Shown: positions 1 to 10,285, counted from the first letter of the stretch. The stretch: 21,299 nucleotides of DNA from an uncultured Gemmatimonadota bacterium (GCA_964584035.1 CAZOYL010000032.1:1320-22618), one strand, 5' to 3'. Program-made: numbers and translations. Notes: generated by a model from the letters alone, not told the origin.

Positions 1-1
1 T

Positions 2-562
2 CTGGCCACCGGCGGGATCGGCACCGCCCTGGGCGTTCTGTATACCGCTCATCATCAGGGCAAGCGGCTGACCGTATACGCCGACGAGACCCGGCCGCTG
101 CTGCAGGGCGCCCGGCTGACCGCCTGGGAGCTGTCCCGGGCCGGCATCCCGGTGACGCTGTTGTGCGACAACGCCGCCGGGCGGCTGATGACCGAGGGAC
201 GGATCGATCTGGCCCTGGTGGGGGCCGACCGCATCGCCGCCAACGGAGATGTGGCCAATAAGATCGGCACCTATCAGGTGGCTGCGCTGTGCCGGCGGCA
301 CGGTTTGCCCTTCTATGTGGCGGCACCTTTCTCCACCCTTGATCTGAGTCTATTGAGCGGCCGGGAGATCCCCATCGAGGAGCGGGGCGCCGAGGAAATC
401 GTCGAGATTTCCGGTAACCAAATTGCCCCTCAAGGGGTTCCGGTCTACAATCCGGCCTTCGATGTCACCCCGGCCGAGCTGGTTACGGCCATCATCACCG
501 ACCGGGGAGTTTGCCGGCCGCCTTACCGGGAGGCTCTGTCCCGGCAGGCGGCTTCGAAATGA
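2..562 (+). CDS. mtnA: S-methyl-5-thioribose-1-phosphate isomerase (eIF-2B-like family), 5'-truncated by the window edge
   Basis: The frame is open from position 2 and reads [11 protein letters not shown]...[20 protein letters not shown]...[19 protein letters not shown]...[10 protein letters not shown]...IPIEER...[20 protein letters not shown]. These are the characteristic MtnA motifs. The ORF-track start at 152 is internal. Confidence 0.93.
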   Translation: MATGGIGTALGVLYTAHHQGKRLTVYADETRPLLQGARLTAWELSRAGIPVTLLCDNAAGRLMTEGRIDLALVGADRIAANGDVANKIGTYQVAALCRRHGLPFYVAAPFSTLDLSLLSGREIPIEERGAEEIVEISGNQIAPQGVPVYNPAFDVTPAELVTAIITDRGVCRPPYREALSRQAASK

Positions 563-629
563 GCCCTTTTCGACAGATTCCAGGATCGCCCGGAGTGCCT
601 TGACAGGGTTGCGATAAGATAATTTTTTC

Positions 630-658
630 TTGACAACGTTTAGAGATATTACTATTTT
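630..658 (+). promoter_or_regulatory. Putative sigma-70 promoter for the rplM operon
   Basis: TTGACA (630-635), 17-bp spacer, TATTTT (653-658), in an AT-rich gap 40 bp upstream of the rplM ATG. A second TTGACA at 600-605 has no well-spaced -10. Confidence 0.6.
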
Positions 659-697
659 AGAAAATTCAACAACTCACAGACACATACCGAGGGAACC

Positions 698-1129
698 ATG
701 AAGACGTATAGCCTCAAACTGGACGATATCGACAGAAAATGGTATCTGGTGGATGCCCGGGGGCAGGTCCTGGGACGCCTGGCTGCCGAGATCGCCACCA
801 TTCTGCGGGGCAAGAAAAAGCCCGATTTCTCTTACCACATGGATAATGGCGATCATGTGGTGGTCATCAACGCCGAAAAGGTGGAGGTCACCGGCCGGAA
901 AAAAGATCAGAAACTGTATCATCATCACAGCAGATATCCCGGCGGCATGCGCACCAGAACCTTCGCCGAAGTTCAAGCCCGAAAGCCGGAACAGATCATC
1001 CGGCTGGCCGTGAAGGGCATGCTTCCGCATAACACTCTGGGCCGCCAGATGCTGAAGAAACTTCGTATCTATGCCGGCCCGGATCATCCGCACCAGGCGC
1101 AGGAGCCGCAACCCATCGAGCTGAGCTGA
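698..1129 (+). CDS. rplM: 50S ribosomal protein L13
   Basis: [61 protein letters not shown] and [18 protein letters not shown]. 143 aa, followed by S9. Confidence 0.99.
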   Translation: MKTYSLKLDDIDRKWYLVDARGQVLGRLAAEIATILRGKKKPDFSYHMDNGDHVVVINAEKVEVTGRKKDQKLYHHHSRYPGGMRTRTFAEVQARKPEQIIRLAVKGMLPHNTLGRQMLKKLRIYAGPDHPHQAQEPQPIELS

Positions 1130-1241
1130 TCGGCCTTCGCCCTGTTTCTTTTTGGAAGCATATCGACACCACCGGCGGCCGGCTCACGGGGCGTCAGTGG
1201 TTTTTTACGCTGAGCATGCGATCAGACCAGGAGGTTCTTTC

Positions 1242-1634
1242 GTGGAAAAAAAACAGTATGCCGCCATCGGTCGTCGGAAAGAAGCCGTGGCCCGGGTGCG
1301 CCTGGTGGAAGGCAAGGGACAGCGGTACGTGAATGGAAAGCCGCTCAAGGATTTCTTCGGCCGGGAGACCCTGTTCATGATCATTGAACAGCCGTTTCAA
1401 TTGACCGAGACCCAGGATAAATTCGACCTCCATGCCAATGTTGATGGCGGTGGTCTCTCCGGGCAGGCCGGGGCTATAAAACTGGGGATCGCCCGGGCGC
1501 TGATCCAGATCGATCCGGATCTGCGGCCTCAGTTGAAAGCGGCCGGACACCTGACCAGAGATCCGCGGATGAGAGAGCGTAAAAAATACGGCCTGGCAGG
1601 AGCCAGGAAACGGTTCCAGTTCTCCAAGAGATAA
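1242..1634 (+). CDS. rpsI: 30S ribosomal protein S9
   Basis: [31 protein letters not shown] and [27 protein letters not shown]. Start moved to GTG 1242, which follows an AGGAGG RBS (1229-1234) and gives the usual ~130 aa. Confidence 0.98.
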   Translation: MEKKQYAAIGRRKEAVARVRLVEGKGQRYVNGKPLKDFFGRETLFMIIEQPFQLTETQDKFDLHANVDGGGLSGQAGAIKLGIARALIQIDPDLRPQLKAAGHLTRDPRMRERKKYGLAGARKRFQFSKR

Positions 1635-1679
1635 GCTGAAAGATCTGTCGCTATTCGGCTACAGGAAGGAGCTATCTGT

Positions 1680-2588
1680 ATGGCAGTTGTCAACATGAAG
1701 CAGCTACTGGAGGCCGGAGTTCATTTCGGCCATCAGACCCGACGGTGGAATCCGAAGATGAAGAAGTTCATCTTCACGGCCAGAAGCAGTATCTATATCA
1801 TCGACCTCAAAAAGACGGCCGAACGAATCGAAAAAGCCTATCAGCTGATCAGGGACAGAGCTGCCGCGGGCGAAACGATCCTCTTCGTGGGCACCAAGAA
1901 GCAGGCCAAAGAGTCTGTCACCGGCGAGGCCCAGCGTTGTGGGATGCCCTATGTAACGGAGCGCTGGCTGGGTGGTATGCTGACCAACTTTCAGACCGTC
2001 CGGCGCAGTCTGAAACGTCTCGAAGAAATCGAGAAAATGTCACAGGATGGTTCCTTCGAGAAGTTCACTAAAAAAGAAGTCTTGAAACTGGAGAAAGAGC
2101 GCAAGAAGCTGGAAAAGAACCTCGGCGGCATCCGGGATATGAGCCGCCTGCCCGGAGTGGTCTATGTAGTTGACACCAAGAAGGAAAAGATCGGGGTGGC
2201 CGAGGCCAATCGGTTGAGCATTCCCATCGTGGCCATTCTGGACACCAACAGCGATCCGGACTTGATCAACTTTCCCATTCCGGGCAATGACGATGCCATC
2301 AAATCCATCCGGCTCATCTCCCGCTTGATGGCCGATGCTGTTATGGAAGGAAGGCAGGCTGCCGGAATCGAGATCGAGCCGGCGCCGGCGCCCAAGATCG
2401 AGGATCGCCCGACCGAGGAAGCCGTCTCCGAACCGGAGAGCGATGGAGAGAAAAAATCCTCACCGAAGCCCCCAGCGAAACCGAATGCGGAAGTGAAACC
2501 GAAGCCGAAGGTGCAGCCAAAACCAGCGCCAAAACCAGCGCCAAAACCGGAATCAACGCCCAAATCCGCTCCGAAACCAGAAGAGTAA
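1680..2588 (+). CDS. rpsB: 30S ribosomal protein S2 with a Pro/Lys/Glu-rich C-terminal extension
   Basis: [49 protein letters not shown] and [21 protein letters not shown] upstream. Confidence 0.99.
   Translation: MAVVNMKQLLEAGVHFGHQTRRWNPKMKKFIFTARSSIYIIDLKKTAERIEKAYQLIRDRAAAGETILFVGTKKQAKESVTGEAQRCGMPYVTERWLGGMLTNFQTVRRSLKRLEEIEKMSQDGSFEKFTKKEVLKLEKERKKLEKNLGGIRDMSRLPGVVYVVDTKKEKIGVAEANRLSIPIVAILDTNSDPDLINFPIPGNDDAIKSIRLISRLMADAVMEGRQAAGIEIEPAPAPKIEDRPTEEAVSEPESDGEKKSSPKPPAKPNAEVKPKPKVQPKPAPKPAPKPESTPKSAPKPEE
2517..2549 (+). repeat. 12-bp tandem repeat CCAAAACCAGCG x2.75 ([11 protein letters not shown]) in the rpsB tail
   Basis: Read directly from the sequence: ccaaaaccagcg ccaaaaccagcg ccaaaaccg. 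Confidence 0.85.
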
Positions 2589-2647
2589 TCTGCCCATCGC
2601 AGGAAAAACCTGGTTCTGCTTTGAGAGGACAACTGTAGGAGGATTGA

Positions 2648-3241
2648 ATGCCCATCACAGCGAATACCGTCAAGGAATTACGAGATAAAACGGGCGCCGG
2701 GATGATGGATTGCAAGCGTGCTTTAGAAGAGTCCCAGGGTGATGTCGACAAGGCGGTCGAGATCTTGAGAAAGAAGGGTCTGGCAGCCCTGGCGAAAAGA
2801 GCCGGCAAGGAGACTTCCGAGGGCGTCATCGCTTCGTATATCCATCCCGGGGAACGCCTGGGAGTCCTGGTGGAGGTGAACTGCGAGACCGATTTCGTGG
2901 CCCGGACCGTTGACTTCCGAGGTTTCGTCAAAGAGATCTGCATGCAGGTGGCCGCTGCCAATCCGGTGGTGGTCCAGCGCGAGGAGCTTCCCGAGGAGGA
3001 TGTCGAGCGTGAGCGGGAGATCTATCGCGATCAGGCTCGCAGCCAGGGGAAACCCGATAAGATCATCGATAAGATCGTCGATGGCAAGATGGAGAAATAT
3101 TACGGCGAGGTTTGTCTTCTCGACCAGCCGTACATCAAGGATGGCGATAAGAAGGTCTCTCAGCTTCTGGAAGATATCAGGATGAAGGTCGGCGAGAATC
3201 TTCACATCAAGCGTTTTGCCAGATTTCGAGTGGGAGAATGA
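2648..3241 (+). CDS. tsf: Translation elongation factor Ts (short, ~197-aa form)
   Basis: VKELRDKTGAGMMDCKRAL, LVEVNCETDFVAR, LLDQPYIKD and KRFARFRVGE. AGGAGG RBS; lies between rpsB and pyrH. Confidence 0.99.
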   Translation: MPITANTVKELRDKTGAGMMDCKRALEESQGDVDKAVEILRKKGLAALAKRAGKETSEGVIASYIHPGERLGVLVEVNCETDFVARTVDFRGFVKEICMQVAAANPVVVQREELPEEDVEREREIYRDQARSQGKPDKIIDKIVDGKMEKYYGEVCLLDQPYIKDGDKKVSQLLEDIRMKVGENLHIKRFARFRVGE

Positions 3242-3272
3242 CGACGGGCCGGATGACCATTGAGGAGACCAG

Positions 3273-4007
3273 ATGGCCAGGACGGCTTCTGCCGGTAGCT
3301 ACAAGCGGGTGTTGTTGAAGCTCAGCGGGGAAACCCTTTCGGGTGTGGATGAGCGGGGGTTGCACCAGGAGCGGATCGATGCCCTGGCCGCTTCTCTCAA
3401 AGAGGTGACCGGGCTCGGTGTGGAGCTGGCGGTGGTCGTGGGGGGAGGAAATATTTTCAGAGGTTTTCCGGCCAGCGCCCAGGGTTTCGATCGTGAGACG
3501 GCCGATTACATGGGCATGCTGGCTACCATCATCAATGGACTGGCTCTGGAGGAGGCTCTCGCTCGAGCCGGTGTGGCCGCCCGGGCCTTTTCCGCCATCA
3601 CTGTGGGGGAGTTCGTACCAGCCTACAGTCCCCGTCAGGCCCGCCAATGCCTCAAAGACGGCCAGGTGGCTATCCTCGCCGGGGGGACGGGGAAACCTTT
3701 CTTCAGCACCGATACGGCGGCTGCCCTGCGAGCCGCTGAGCTGGGTGCCGATGCCCTCCTGAAAGCCACGAAAGTGGATGGCATCTATGATGCCGATCCT
3801 CGCAAACATCCCAATGCTAAAAAATTCCCCTGTATTACCTATGAAGAATTCATCAACCGCGGCCTGCGGGTCATGGATACCACGGCCGTGGTGCTCTGCA
3901 TGGAGAACCATATCCCCATTCTCGTTTTCGATATGACGCGGGAAGGGAATCTTCGTCGCGTCCTCATGGGAGAGGAGATGGGTTCCATCGTCAAGGAGGT
4001 CTGCTGA
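3273..4007 (+). CDS. pyrH: UMP kinase
   Basis: YKRVLLKLSGE, VVGGGNIFRG, ADYMGMLATIINGLAL, PFFSTDTAAALRA, KATKVDGIYDADP and LRVMD. Conserved synteny. Confidence 0.98.
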   Translation: MARTASAGSYKRVLLKLSGETLSGVDERGLHQERIDALAASLKEVTGLGVELAVVVGGGNIFRGFPASAQGFDRETADYMGMLATIINGLALEEALARAGVAARAFSAITVGEFVPAYSPRQARQCLKDGQVAILAGGTGKPFFSTDTAAALRAAELGADALLKATKVDGIYDADPRKHPNAKKFPCITYEEFINRGLRVMDTTAVVLCMENHIPILVFDMTREGNLRRVLMGEEMGSIVKEVC

Positions 4008-4564
4008 TGATCAAGCAGCTCTTCATCGAGACCGAAAAGAAGATGAAGAAAGCATTGGAGGCCAGCCAGCACGAGCTGGCGCTGATCCGGACGGCCAAGG
4101 CGACCACCTCACTGCTCGATGGCGTCAAGGTGGATTACTACGGCACCAAAGTGCCTCTCCACCAGGTGGCGGCGCTCAGCGTGCCGGAGGCGCGCCTGAT
4201 CGTTGTCCAGCCCTGGGAGAAGAATATGATCAAGGAGGTCGAGAAGGCCCTGCTGGCCTCCGATCTGGGTCTCACCCCGAATAGCGATGGTCATGTCATC
4301 AGACTGCCCATCCCGCCCCTGACCGAGGAGCGCAGGAAAGAGCTGGTCAAGGTCGTCCATCGGTTGGCGGAAGAAGGACGTATTGCCGTCCGCAACATCC
4401 GTCGAGATGGCATCGAAGAGCTCCGCCAGGCCGAGAAGAACGGAGATCTGCCCCAGGATGACAGTAAAAAGGCTCAGGATCACATCCAGGAGCTTACCGA
4501 TACTTACGTGAACAAGGTCAGCGAGATCATAGAGGCAAAGGAAAAGGAGATCATGGAGGTCTGA
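4007..4564 (+). CDS. frr: Ribosome recycling factor
   Basis: IRTAKA, VKVDYYG, LIVVQPWEK, SDLGLTPNSDG, PPLTEERRKELVK, RIAVRNIRRD and KEKEIMEV. TGATG overlap with pyrH. Confidence 0.99.
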   Translation: MIKQLFIETEKKMKKALEASQHELALIRTAKATTSLLDGVKVDYYGTKVPLHQVAALSVPEARLIVVQPWEKNMIKEVEKALLASDLGLTPNSDGHVIRLPIPPLTEERRKELVKVVHRLAEEGRIAVRNIRRDGIEELRQAEKNGDLPQDDSKKAQDHIQELTDTYVNKVSEIIEAKEKEIMEV

Positions 4565-4572
4565 GTTTCCCC

Positions 4573-4595
4573 TCCGGCGTCATGAATACGCCGGA
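4573..4595 (+). terminator. Hairpin downstream of frr (possible terminator, attenuator or mRNA-stabilising stem)
   Basis: TCCGGCGT-catgaat-ACGCCGGA forms a perfect 8-bp stem. There is no immediate U-tract; a weaker GC stem followed by a T-run lies at ~4606-4625. Confidence 0.4.
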
Positions 4596-4711
4596 AATCG
4601 GTCCTCCGGCACCCCCGGCTTTTTTCCCCTTTTGATCACCTCTCCCCGCCGGCCGCAGATACGATATCGTTGCGTCGGCGGGGATCACCATTTCCTCCCA
4701 GAGGTACGGCC

Positions 4712-5455
4712 TTGGCCCAGGAACTTTCCCAGCTGAAGGATCGGATCACCCGGGCCGGTCACATCCCCAGACATATCGCCATCATCATGGATGGCAATGG
4801 GCGCTGGGCCCGGCAGAGAGGGTTGCCTCGAATTGCCGGACACCGCGAGGGCATCAACAACGTCCGGGAGGTGGTTCGCGTCAGCGGCGAGCTGGGCGTC
4901 GAGGTGCTCACCCTGTATGTCTTTTCGGCCGAAAATTGGCGCCGGCCGCGGCTTGAGATCGGCGCCCTGATGAGGCTGCTCCGCGAGACGACCCGCCAGG
5001 AGGTCGACGATCTGATGCGCAACGGCGTCCGTCTCAACGTTATCGGCCGCATCCAGGAGATCGCCCCGGCGGCCAGAAAGGTGCTCACCGAGGCGGCTCG
5101 CCGGACGGCCGGCAACAGCGGGCTGCTGTTGAACCTGGCTATTAACTACGGCGGCCGCAGCGAGCTGGTGGATGCCATCCGCCGGCTGGTGGACGATCTC
5201 GATGGGGGCAAGCTGACGGCCGATCAGATCGACGAGGAAACCATCGGCCGCTACCTCTATACCGGGGATGTGCCCGATCCGGATCTGCTCATCCGCACCA
5301 GCGGAGAGATGCGGGTGAGCAATTTTCTTCTGTGGCAGATCGCCTATACGGAGATCCATGTCACCGATGTGCTCTGGCCGGATTTTCGCCGGGAACATCT
5401 CTATCGGGCCATTCTGGATTATCAGAGCCGGGAGCGACGGTTCGGGGGTGTTTGA
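4712..5455 (+). CDS. uppS: Isoprenyl transferase (undecaprenyl diphosphate synthase)
   Basis: HIAIIMDGNGRWA, GHREG, FSAENWRRP, LAINYGGR and DPDLLIRTSGEMRVSNFLLWQIAY. Start placed at TTG 4712 after AGAGGT; TTG 4670 is the alternative. Confidence 0.96.
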   Translation: MAQELSQLKDRITRAGHIPRHIAIIMDGNGRWARQRGLPRIAGHREGINNVREVVRVSGELGVEVLTLYVFSAENWRRPRLEIGALMRLLRETTRQEVDDLMRNGVRLNVIGRIQEIAPAARKVLTEAARRTAGNSGLLLNLAINYGGRSELVDAIRRLVDDLDGGKLTADQIDEETIGRYLYTGDVPDPDLLIRTSGEMRVSNFLLWQIAYTEIHVTDVLWPDFRREHLYRAILDYQSRERRFGGV

Positions 5456-6324
5456 TCTTGGCATCCGATAGCGCTGACAGGGACGGCAGGACAAAGGGAG
5501 CGGCTCTGCTGCCCAGAGTGCTGGTTGGAGCGGCGGGGATCCCGCTGCTGGTTTTCGTGGCTTTGAGGGGAGGGTGGTTTTTGCTGGTCCTGGTCGATCT
5601 GCTGATCGTCCTGGGACTCTGGGAGTTTTGCCGGCTGCTGAAGGCCAAGGGTATCCGTCCTCACACGCTTTTGGGCATCGGGGGCGGGCTTTTTTTATCC
5701 TGGCAGGTCTATTTTTCGTGGGGTATCGGGGTCAGAGCCCTGTTGACGGTCTTTCTTCTGGCCATCATGGTGACCTCTCTGGCCCGGCGGGATGGCAAAG
5801 GGGCCATCGTCAATATGGCCGGGACCCTGCTGGGGATACTCTATGTAGGCCTGTTGAGCAGTTATCTCCTTCTGCTGCGGGCTCTTCCCGGTCAGGCGGG
5901 TCGCCCCCCCGGGGATGGTGGCTGGATCCTTCTGGCGGTCTTGATCATCACCTGGGTCTATGACACCGGCGCCTACGGGGTCGGTTTGCTGTGCGGGCGG
6001 CATCCCCTGCTGCCCCGGGTCAGCCCCAAGAAATCGATCGAGGGCGCCGTCGGAGGCTTGCTCTGGGGGCTGCTGGTTGCCCTGCTGCTGGGCCGGGTCT
6101 TTTTTACAGAGGTCCTGCCGCTGAGCGGATTTATAGCCATCGCCCTGATCGCCGGCATCGCCGGCCCGCTGGGCGATCTGGCCGAATCGATGATCAAACG
6201 TGATGCCCGGGCCAAGGATACTTCCGGCATACTTCCCGGGCACGGCGGGGTGCTTGACCGATTCGACAGCCTGCTGTTCATCGTGCCGGCCGTCTACTGG
6301 TATCTCAAGTACCTGGTCTTCTGA
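5452..6324 (+). CDS. cdsA: Phosphatidate cytidylyltransferase
   Basis: Polytopic membrane protein with DTGAYGVG, PRVSPKKSIEGAVGG and GDLAESMIKRDARAKDTSGILPGHGGVLDRFDS. The start is probably TTG 5452 overlapping the uppS stop; the exact start is uncertain. Confidence 0.95.
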   Translation: MILASDSADRDGRTKGAALLPRVLVGAAGIPLLVFVALRGGWFLLVLVDLLIVLGLWEFCRLLKAKGIRPHTLLGIGGGLFLSWQVYFSWGIGVRALLTVFLLAIMVTSLARRDGKGAIVNMAGTLLGILYVGLLSSYLLLLRALPGQAGRPPGDGGWILLAVLIITWVYDTGAYGVGLLCGRHPLLPRVSPKKSIEGAVGGLLWGLLVALLLGRVFFTEVLPLSGFIAIALIAGIAGPLGDLAESMIKRDARAKDTSGILPGHGGVLDRFDSLLFIVPAVYWYLKYLVF

Positions 6325-6362
6325 ACGATCACTGCGCCCCGGTTGGGGAAAGGAGTATCCGT

Positions 6363-7103
6363 GTGAACAGATGGTTCTCTTCGGCAGCACTTTTTATCGT
6401 GCTGCTCGGCTCTTCCGCCGGAGCGGTCCCGTTGACCTTTGATATCGAGACCGGCCTGGTGCTGAGCGGCTATAACGATGTTCGCGTCCCGGGAGACGGC
6501 GGAACCCTCTTCTCGCTGTCCCAGGATCTGAGCATCGATCCCTCCTCCTTCTACCGTATCCGCCTGACCTATGCCCTGGGCCGGGGGCACAGCCTGGGTC
6601 TTCTGGTGGCTCCTCTGCGGCTGGAGGCCGGCGGCGCGGTGGACCGGCCGATTCTTTTCCAGGACCAGGAATTCGATCCCGCCGTTGAGCTGCAGTCGCG
6701 CTATCGCTTCGATTCCTATCGCCTGACCTATCGATATGATCTCCGCCGTAACAGCACGTTCCAGGCGGGCCTGGGCCTGACGGCCAAGATCCGGGACGCC
6801 TCCATCCGTCTGGAGGGCGGCGGCCGGAAAGCGGAGAAAAAGAACACCGGGTTCGTCCCCCTGGTGAACTTTCGGCTGAATTGGATGATAGCCGATCAAT
6901 TCGGCCTCCTGCTGGAGGGCGATGCTCTGGCCGCGCCCCAGGGAAGGGCCGAGGACGTGTTGCTGGCGTTGTGTTTCTGGCCCGATAAGAAGATCGGGTT
7001 GAGGGCCGGGTACCGGATCCTGGAGGGCGGGGCCGACAACGATGAGGTCTATACTTTCGCGCTCCTGCATTACCTGGTGGCCGGAGCCACGGTCTCTTTC
7101 TGA
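6363..7103 (+). CDS. Hypothetical exported protein, probable outer-membrane beta-barrel
   Basis: Signal peptide (MNRWFSSAALFIVLLGSSAGA), amphipathic strands (YRIRLTY, SYRLTYRYD, IGLRAGYRIL) and a terminal Phe (AGATVSF). AAGGAG RBS. Confidence 0.75.
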   Translation: MNRWFSSAALFIVLLGSSAGAVPLTFDIETGLVLSGYNDVRVPGDGGTLFSLSQDLSIDPSSFYRIRLTYALGRGHSLGLLVAPLRLEAGGAVDRPILFQDQEFDPAVELQSRYRFDSYRLTYRYDLRRNSTFQAGLGLTAKIRDASIRLEGGGRKAEKKNTGFVPLVNFRLNWMIADQFGLLLEGDALAAPQGRAEDVLLALCFWPDKKIGLRAGYRILEGGADNDEVYTFALLHYLVAGATVSF

Positions 7104-7138
7104 TGCTGACACAATCAAGGTCGATCGGGAGAGCGGAG

Positions 7139-8791
7139 ATGGATGGGTTTGATGATTTAGAGAGGTTGGGCTCATACCGCCGGGGAGTCGAAAGGACCCT
7201 CAGGAAGATGGCGGCCGATGACGTCCTCTCTCGCATCTGGGAACACGACCATACCGTGTGGAAGCCCGATCCGGCCGGGATCAGCAACCGCCTGGGCTGG
7301 CTGCGCATCGCTGAGGCCATCAGGGAACAGCTCCCCCGGGTGCATAAGCTGGTCGAGGAAATCAGGGTAGAGGGTTATACCAGCGCTTTGCTCATGGGTA
7401 TGGGGGGGTCCAGCCTGGCCCCTCAGGTCTTTCGCCGGACCTTCGGCGTCAAGGAAGGGCATCTTGACCTGGCGGTGCTGGACAGCACCGACCCGGAAGC
7501 CGTTCTGGATCATGCCGAAGGGCTCGATCCGGCCCGCACCCTTTTCATCGTGGCCACCAAATCCGGTACCACCGTGGAGACGCTCTCCTTCTTCAAATAT
7601 TTCTATACCCGGGTCGTCGACACGCTGGGCCAGGCCGCCGCCGGTGACCACTTTGTCGCCATCACCGATCCCGGCAGCCGGCTGGACGACCTGGCCGGTC
7701 AGCTCGGTTTTCGCGATACCTTCCGGAACGATCCGGACATCGGGGGGCGGTATTCGGCCCTGTCCTTCTTTGGTCTGGTGCCGGCCGTTTTGACGGGCAT
7801 TGATGTCGAGAAGATTCTGGACCGGGCCCTGTCGATGATGGCCCGCTGCGGCCCGGATGTGTCCGCCGGGGAGAACCCGGCGGCCCTCCTGGGGGCCGCT
7901 CTCGGCCACCTGGCCGGGGCCGGACGCGATAAGGCCACTCTGGTACTCTCTGCGCCGGTAGCCGGCTTCGGCGATTGGGCCGAGCAGCTCATCGCCGAGA
8001 GCACCGGAAAAGAGGGCCGGGGCATTCTCCCGGTGGTCGGGGAGCCGTTGGGAGAACCGGAGGCCTATGGCGACGACCGTCTGTTCGTCCATCTGCGGCT
8101 GGATGGTGACGGGACCCATGACGCGGCCCTGAGAGAGCTGGAGGAGGCCGGGCATCCGGTGATCAGGCTGGACCTGCAGGATCGTTTCGACCTGGGCGGT
8201 CAATTCTTTCTCTGGGAGCTGGCCACGGCCGTAGCCGGTCACATCATGGGCATCAATCCCTTCGATCAGCCCGACGTGGAAGCGGCCAAGGTGCTGGCCC
8301 GCCGGATGGTGGCCGCCTATCAGGAAAAGGGCCATCTCCCAGAGGGGGAATCTAACCCGGCGGGAGCCGAAGCCCTGAATAAGTTTCTGTCGAATGCCGC
8401 AGGCGGCGATTACATCGCTCTGCAGGCCTATCTGCGGCCGACGGCCGAGGCGGACGCCGCCTTAGCAGCGCTGCGCCTGCGGTTGCGCGACAGGTACCGT
8501 CTGGCCACTACCGTGGGATATGGGCCGCGTTTTTTACACTCCACAGGACAGTTGCACAAGGGCGACGCCGGCCGGGGGCTGTTCGTTCAATTCATCTCGG
8601 AAAGCCTTCAGGATGTGCCCATTCCCGACCAGGCGGGCTCGAGAGAATCCTCCATCACCTTCGGGGTACTCAAGCTGGCTCAGGCCCTGGGCGACCGGCG
8701 GGCTCTGCAGGAGGCCGGCCGGCGGGTGCTGACCTTCCGGCTGGGAGAGGATTCTGCCGGCCGGCTGGAGCAATTGGCGGGCACTCTGTGA
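7139..8791 (+). CDS. pgi: Glucose-6-phosphate isomerase, resembling the Pgi half of Tal-Pgi fusion proteins
   Basis: [71 protein letters not shown] and [16 protein letters not shown]. The start is ATG 7139 or ATG 7103 (TGATG overlap with the upstream gene). Confidence 0.92.
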   Translation: MDGFDDLERLGSYRRGVERTLRKMAADDVLSRIWEHDHTVWKPDPAGISNRLGWLRIAEAIREQLPRVHKLVEEIRVEGYTSALLMGMGGSSLAPQVFRRTFGVKEGHLDLAVLDSTDPEAVLDHAEGLDPARTLFIVATKSGTTVETLSFFKYFYTRVVDTLGQAAAGDHFVAITDPGSRLDDLAGQLGFRDTFRNDPDIGGRYSALSFFGLVPAVLTGIDVEKILDRALSMMARCGPDVSAGENPAALLGAALGHLAGAGRDKATLVLSAPVAGFGDWAEQLIAESTGKEGRGILPVVGEPLGEPEAYGDDRLFVHLRLDGDGTHDAALRELEEAGHPVIRLDLQDRFDLGGQFFLWELATAVAGHIMGINPFDQPDVEAAKVLARRMVAAYQEKGHLPEGESNPAGAEALNKFLSNAAGGDYIALQAYLRPTAEADAALAALRLRLRDRYRLATTVGYGPRFLHSTGQLHKGDAGRGLFVQFISESLQDVPIPDQAGSRESSITFGVLKLAQALGDRRALQEAGRRVLTFRLGEDSAGRLEQLAGTL

Positions 8792-8918
8792 TCGGGCGGT
8801 GATCTTGTCATCTCCGGGAAATGAGCCGGAGATACGATGGGAACCAGCGATGCGGAGCGAACATCGTTCAAGTGTCAGGAAGATGTATGCTCAGCGCAAG
8901 CAGATCCAGGGAGTCCAG

Positions 8919-9620
8919 ATGAGTTCTGACCTGAAGCCCTTGAAACAGCAGGCCGCAGAGCGGGCCGTCGAGTTCATTCAGGCCGGGATGGTCGTCGGTC
9001 TGGGTCACGGCAGCACGGCCGCCTTTGCCATACTCCGGATCGCCGAGTTGCTGGCAGCTGGCGAATTGCGAGATATTATCGTGGTTCCCTGCTCCCGTCA
9101 GGTTGAAGGAACAGCAAGGGAGCTGGGCATTTCCCTGACCACACTGGACGAGCGACCTGTCATTGATCTGACCATCGACGGCGCCGATGAGGTCGATCCC
9201 CGGCTGGAGCTGATCAAGGGGGGTGGCGGCGCGCTGCTGCGGGAAAAGATGGTGGCTCAGGCCAGCCGGCGGGAGATCATCGTGATCGATGAGACCAAGC
9301 TGTCACCGGCGCTGGGTACCCTCCGGGCGCTCCCGGTGGAGGTCACCGCGTTCGGCTGGAAGACCCAGTCGGCCTACCTGGAGGGGTTGGGAGCCGGGGT
9401 CACCCGGCGAACAGAAAAAGATGGTTCACCCTTTCAGACCGACGGGGGTCACTACATATTAGACTGCGCTTTTGGACCCATTCGCGATCCGGCCGCTCTG
9501 GCCTCCCGGCTGGAGTCACGAGCCGGGATCGTCGAGCACGGCCTGTTCCTGGGCCTGGCCAGCGATGTGATCGTGGCCACCGAGAGAGGACTGCGGCATC
9601 TCAAAAGGGAGGTGACATGA
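8919..9620 (+). CDS. rpiA: Ribose-5-phosphate isomerase A
   Basis: [50 protein letters not shown] and GIVEHGLF. Start placed at ATG 8919 after an AGGGAG RBS. Confidence 0.97.
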   Translation: MSSDLKPLKQQAAERAVEFIQAGMVVGLGHGSTAAFAILRIAELLAAGELRDIIVVPCSRQVEGTARELGISLTTLDERPVIDLTIDGADEVDPRLELIKGGGGALLREKMVAQASRREIIVIDETKLSPALGTLRALPVEVTAFGWKTQSAYLEGLGAGVTRRTEKDGSPFQTDGGHYILDCAFGPIRDPAALASRLESRAGIVEHGLFLGLASDVIVATERGLRHLKREVT

Positions 9621-10285
9621 AGATCATCATCGAGGCCTCCATCCTGTCGGCCGATTTCGCCCGGCTGGGCGATGCCGCCCGGGAGGCGGAGGCCGCCGGA
9701 GTGGATGCCATCCAGGTGGACATCATGGACGGCCGGTTCGTGCCGCCGATCACCTTCGGCTCCGGCGTGGTGGCGGCCCTTCGTTCGATCGTCAGCCTGC
9801 CCCTGGATGTCCATCTCATGATCGTGGAACCCGAGCGCCACCTGGCGGCCTTCGTGGAGGCCGGCGCCGATCGTCTGGTGGTGCACCAGGAGACCTGCTC
9901 ACATCTGCACCGGGTCCTGGGGACCATCCGAAAGCTCGGCGTCGAGGCCGGGGTGGCCATCAACCCGGCCACGCCGCTGACCGCCGTGGAGGAGGTCCTC
10001 GAGGTGGCCGATATGATCCAGGTGATGACGGTCAATCCCGGCTGGGGCGGGCAGCCTTTCCTGCACAGCCAGCTGGAAAAGATCTCCCGCCTGAAGGAGA
10101 TGCTGGATAAACTCGGACGGCCGACGGCCATCGCCGTGGATGGCGGTATCGATGCCAAAACCGCTCCCCTGGTGGTCGAGGCCGGAGCCGGCGTGCTGGT
10201 GGCCGGGTCCAGCCTGTACAACGAACAGGCCCCGCTGGCCGAGAACCTGAAGACACTACGCTCAAGTATTACTGGAGGTAAATAG
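9617..10285 (+). CDS. rpe: Ribulose-phosphate 3-epimerase
   Basis: [50 protein letters not shown] and LVAGS. ATGA overlap with rpiA and a GGAGG RBS. Confidence 0.96.
   Translation: MKIIIEASILSADFARLGDAAREAEAAGVDAIQVDIMDGRFVPPITFGSGVVAALRSIVSLPLDVHLMIVEPERHLAAFVEAGADRLVVHQETCSHLHRVLGTIRKLGVEAGVAINPATPLTAVEEVLEVADMIQVMTVNPGWGGQPFLHSQLEKISRLKEMLDKLGRPTAIAVDGGIDAKTAPLVVEAGAGVLVAGSSLYNEQAPLAENLKTLRSSITGGK

Noticed and set aside
1152..1241. N-terminal extensions implied by ORF-track starts (rpsI 1152; likewise cdsA 5332, rpiA 8799, 10742 and 13923)
   Set aside because: Downstream starts have a clear RBS or stop/start overlap and give family-typical lengths or proper signal peptides.
2648..3241. 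EF-Ts appearing truncated (197 aa versus ~280-300 aa)
   Set aside because: The short form is an established natural variant (e.g. Thermus-type), and both termini are intact.
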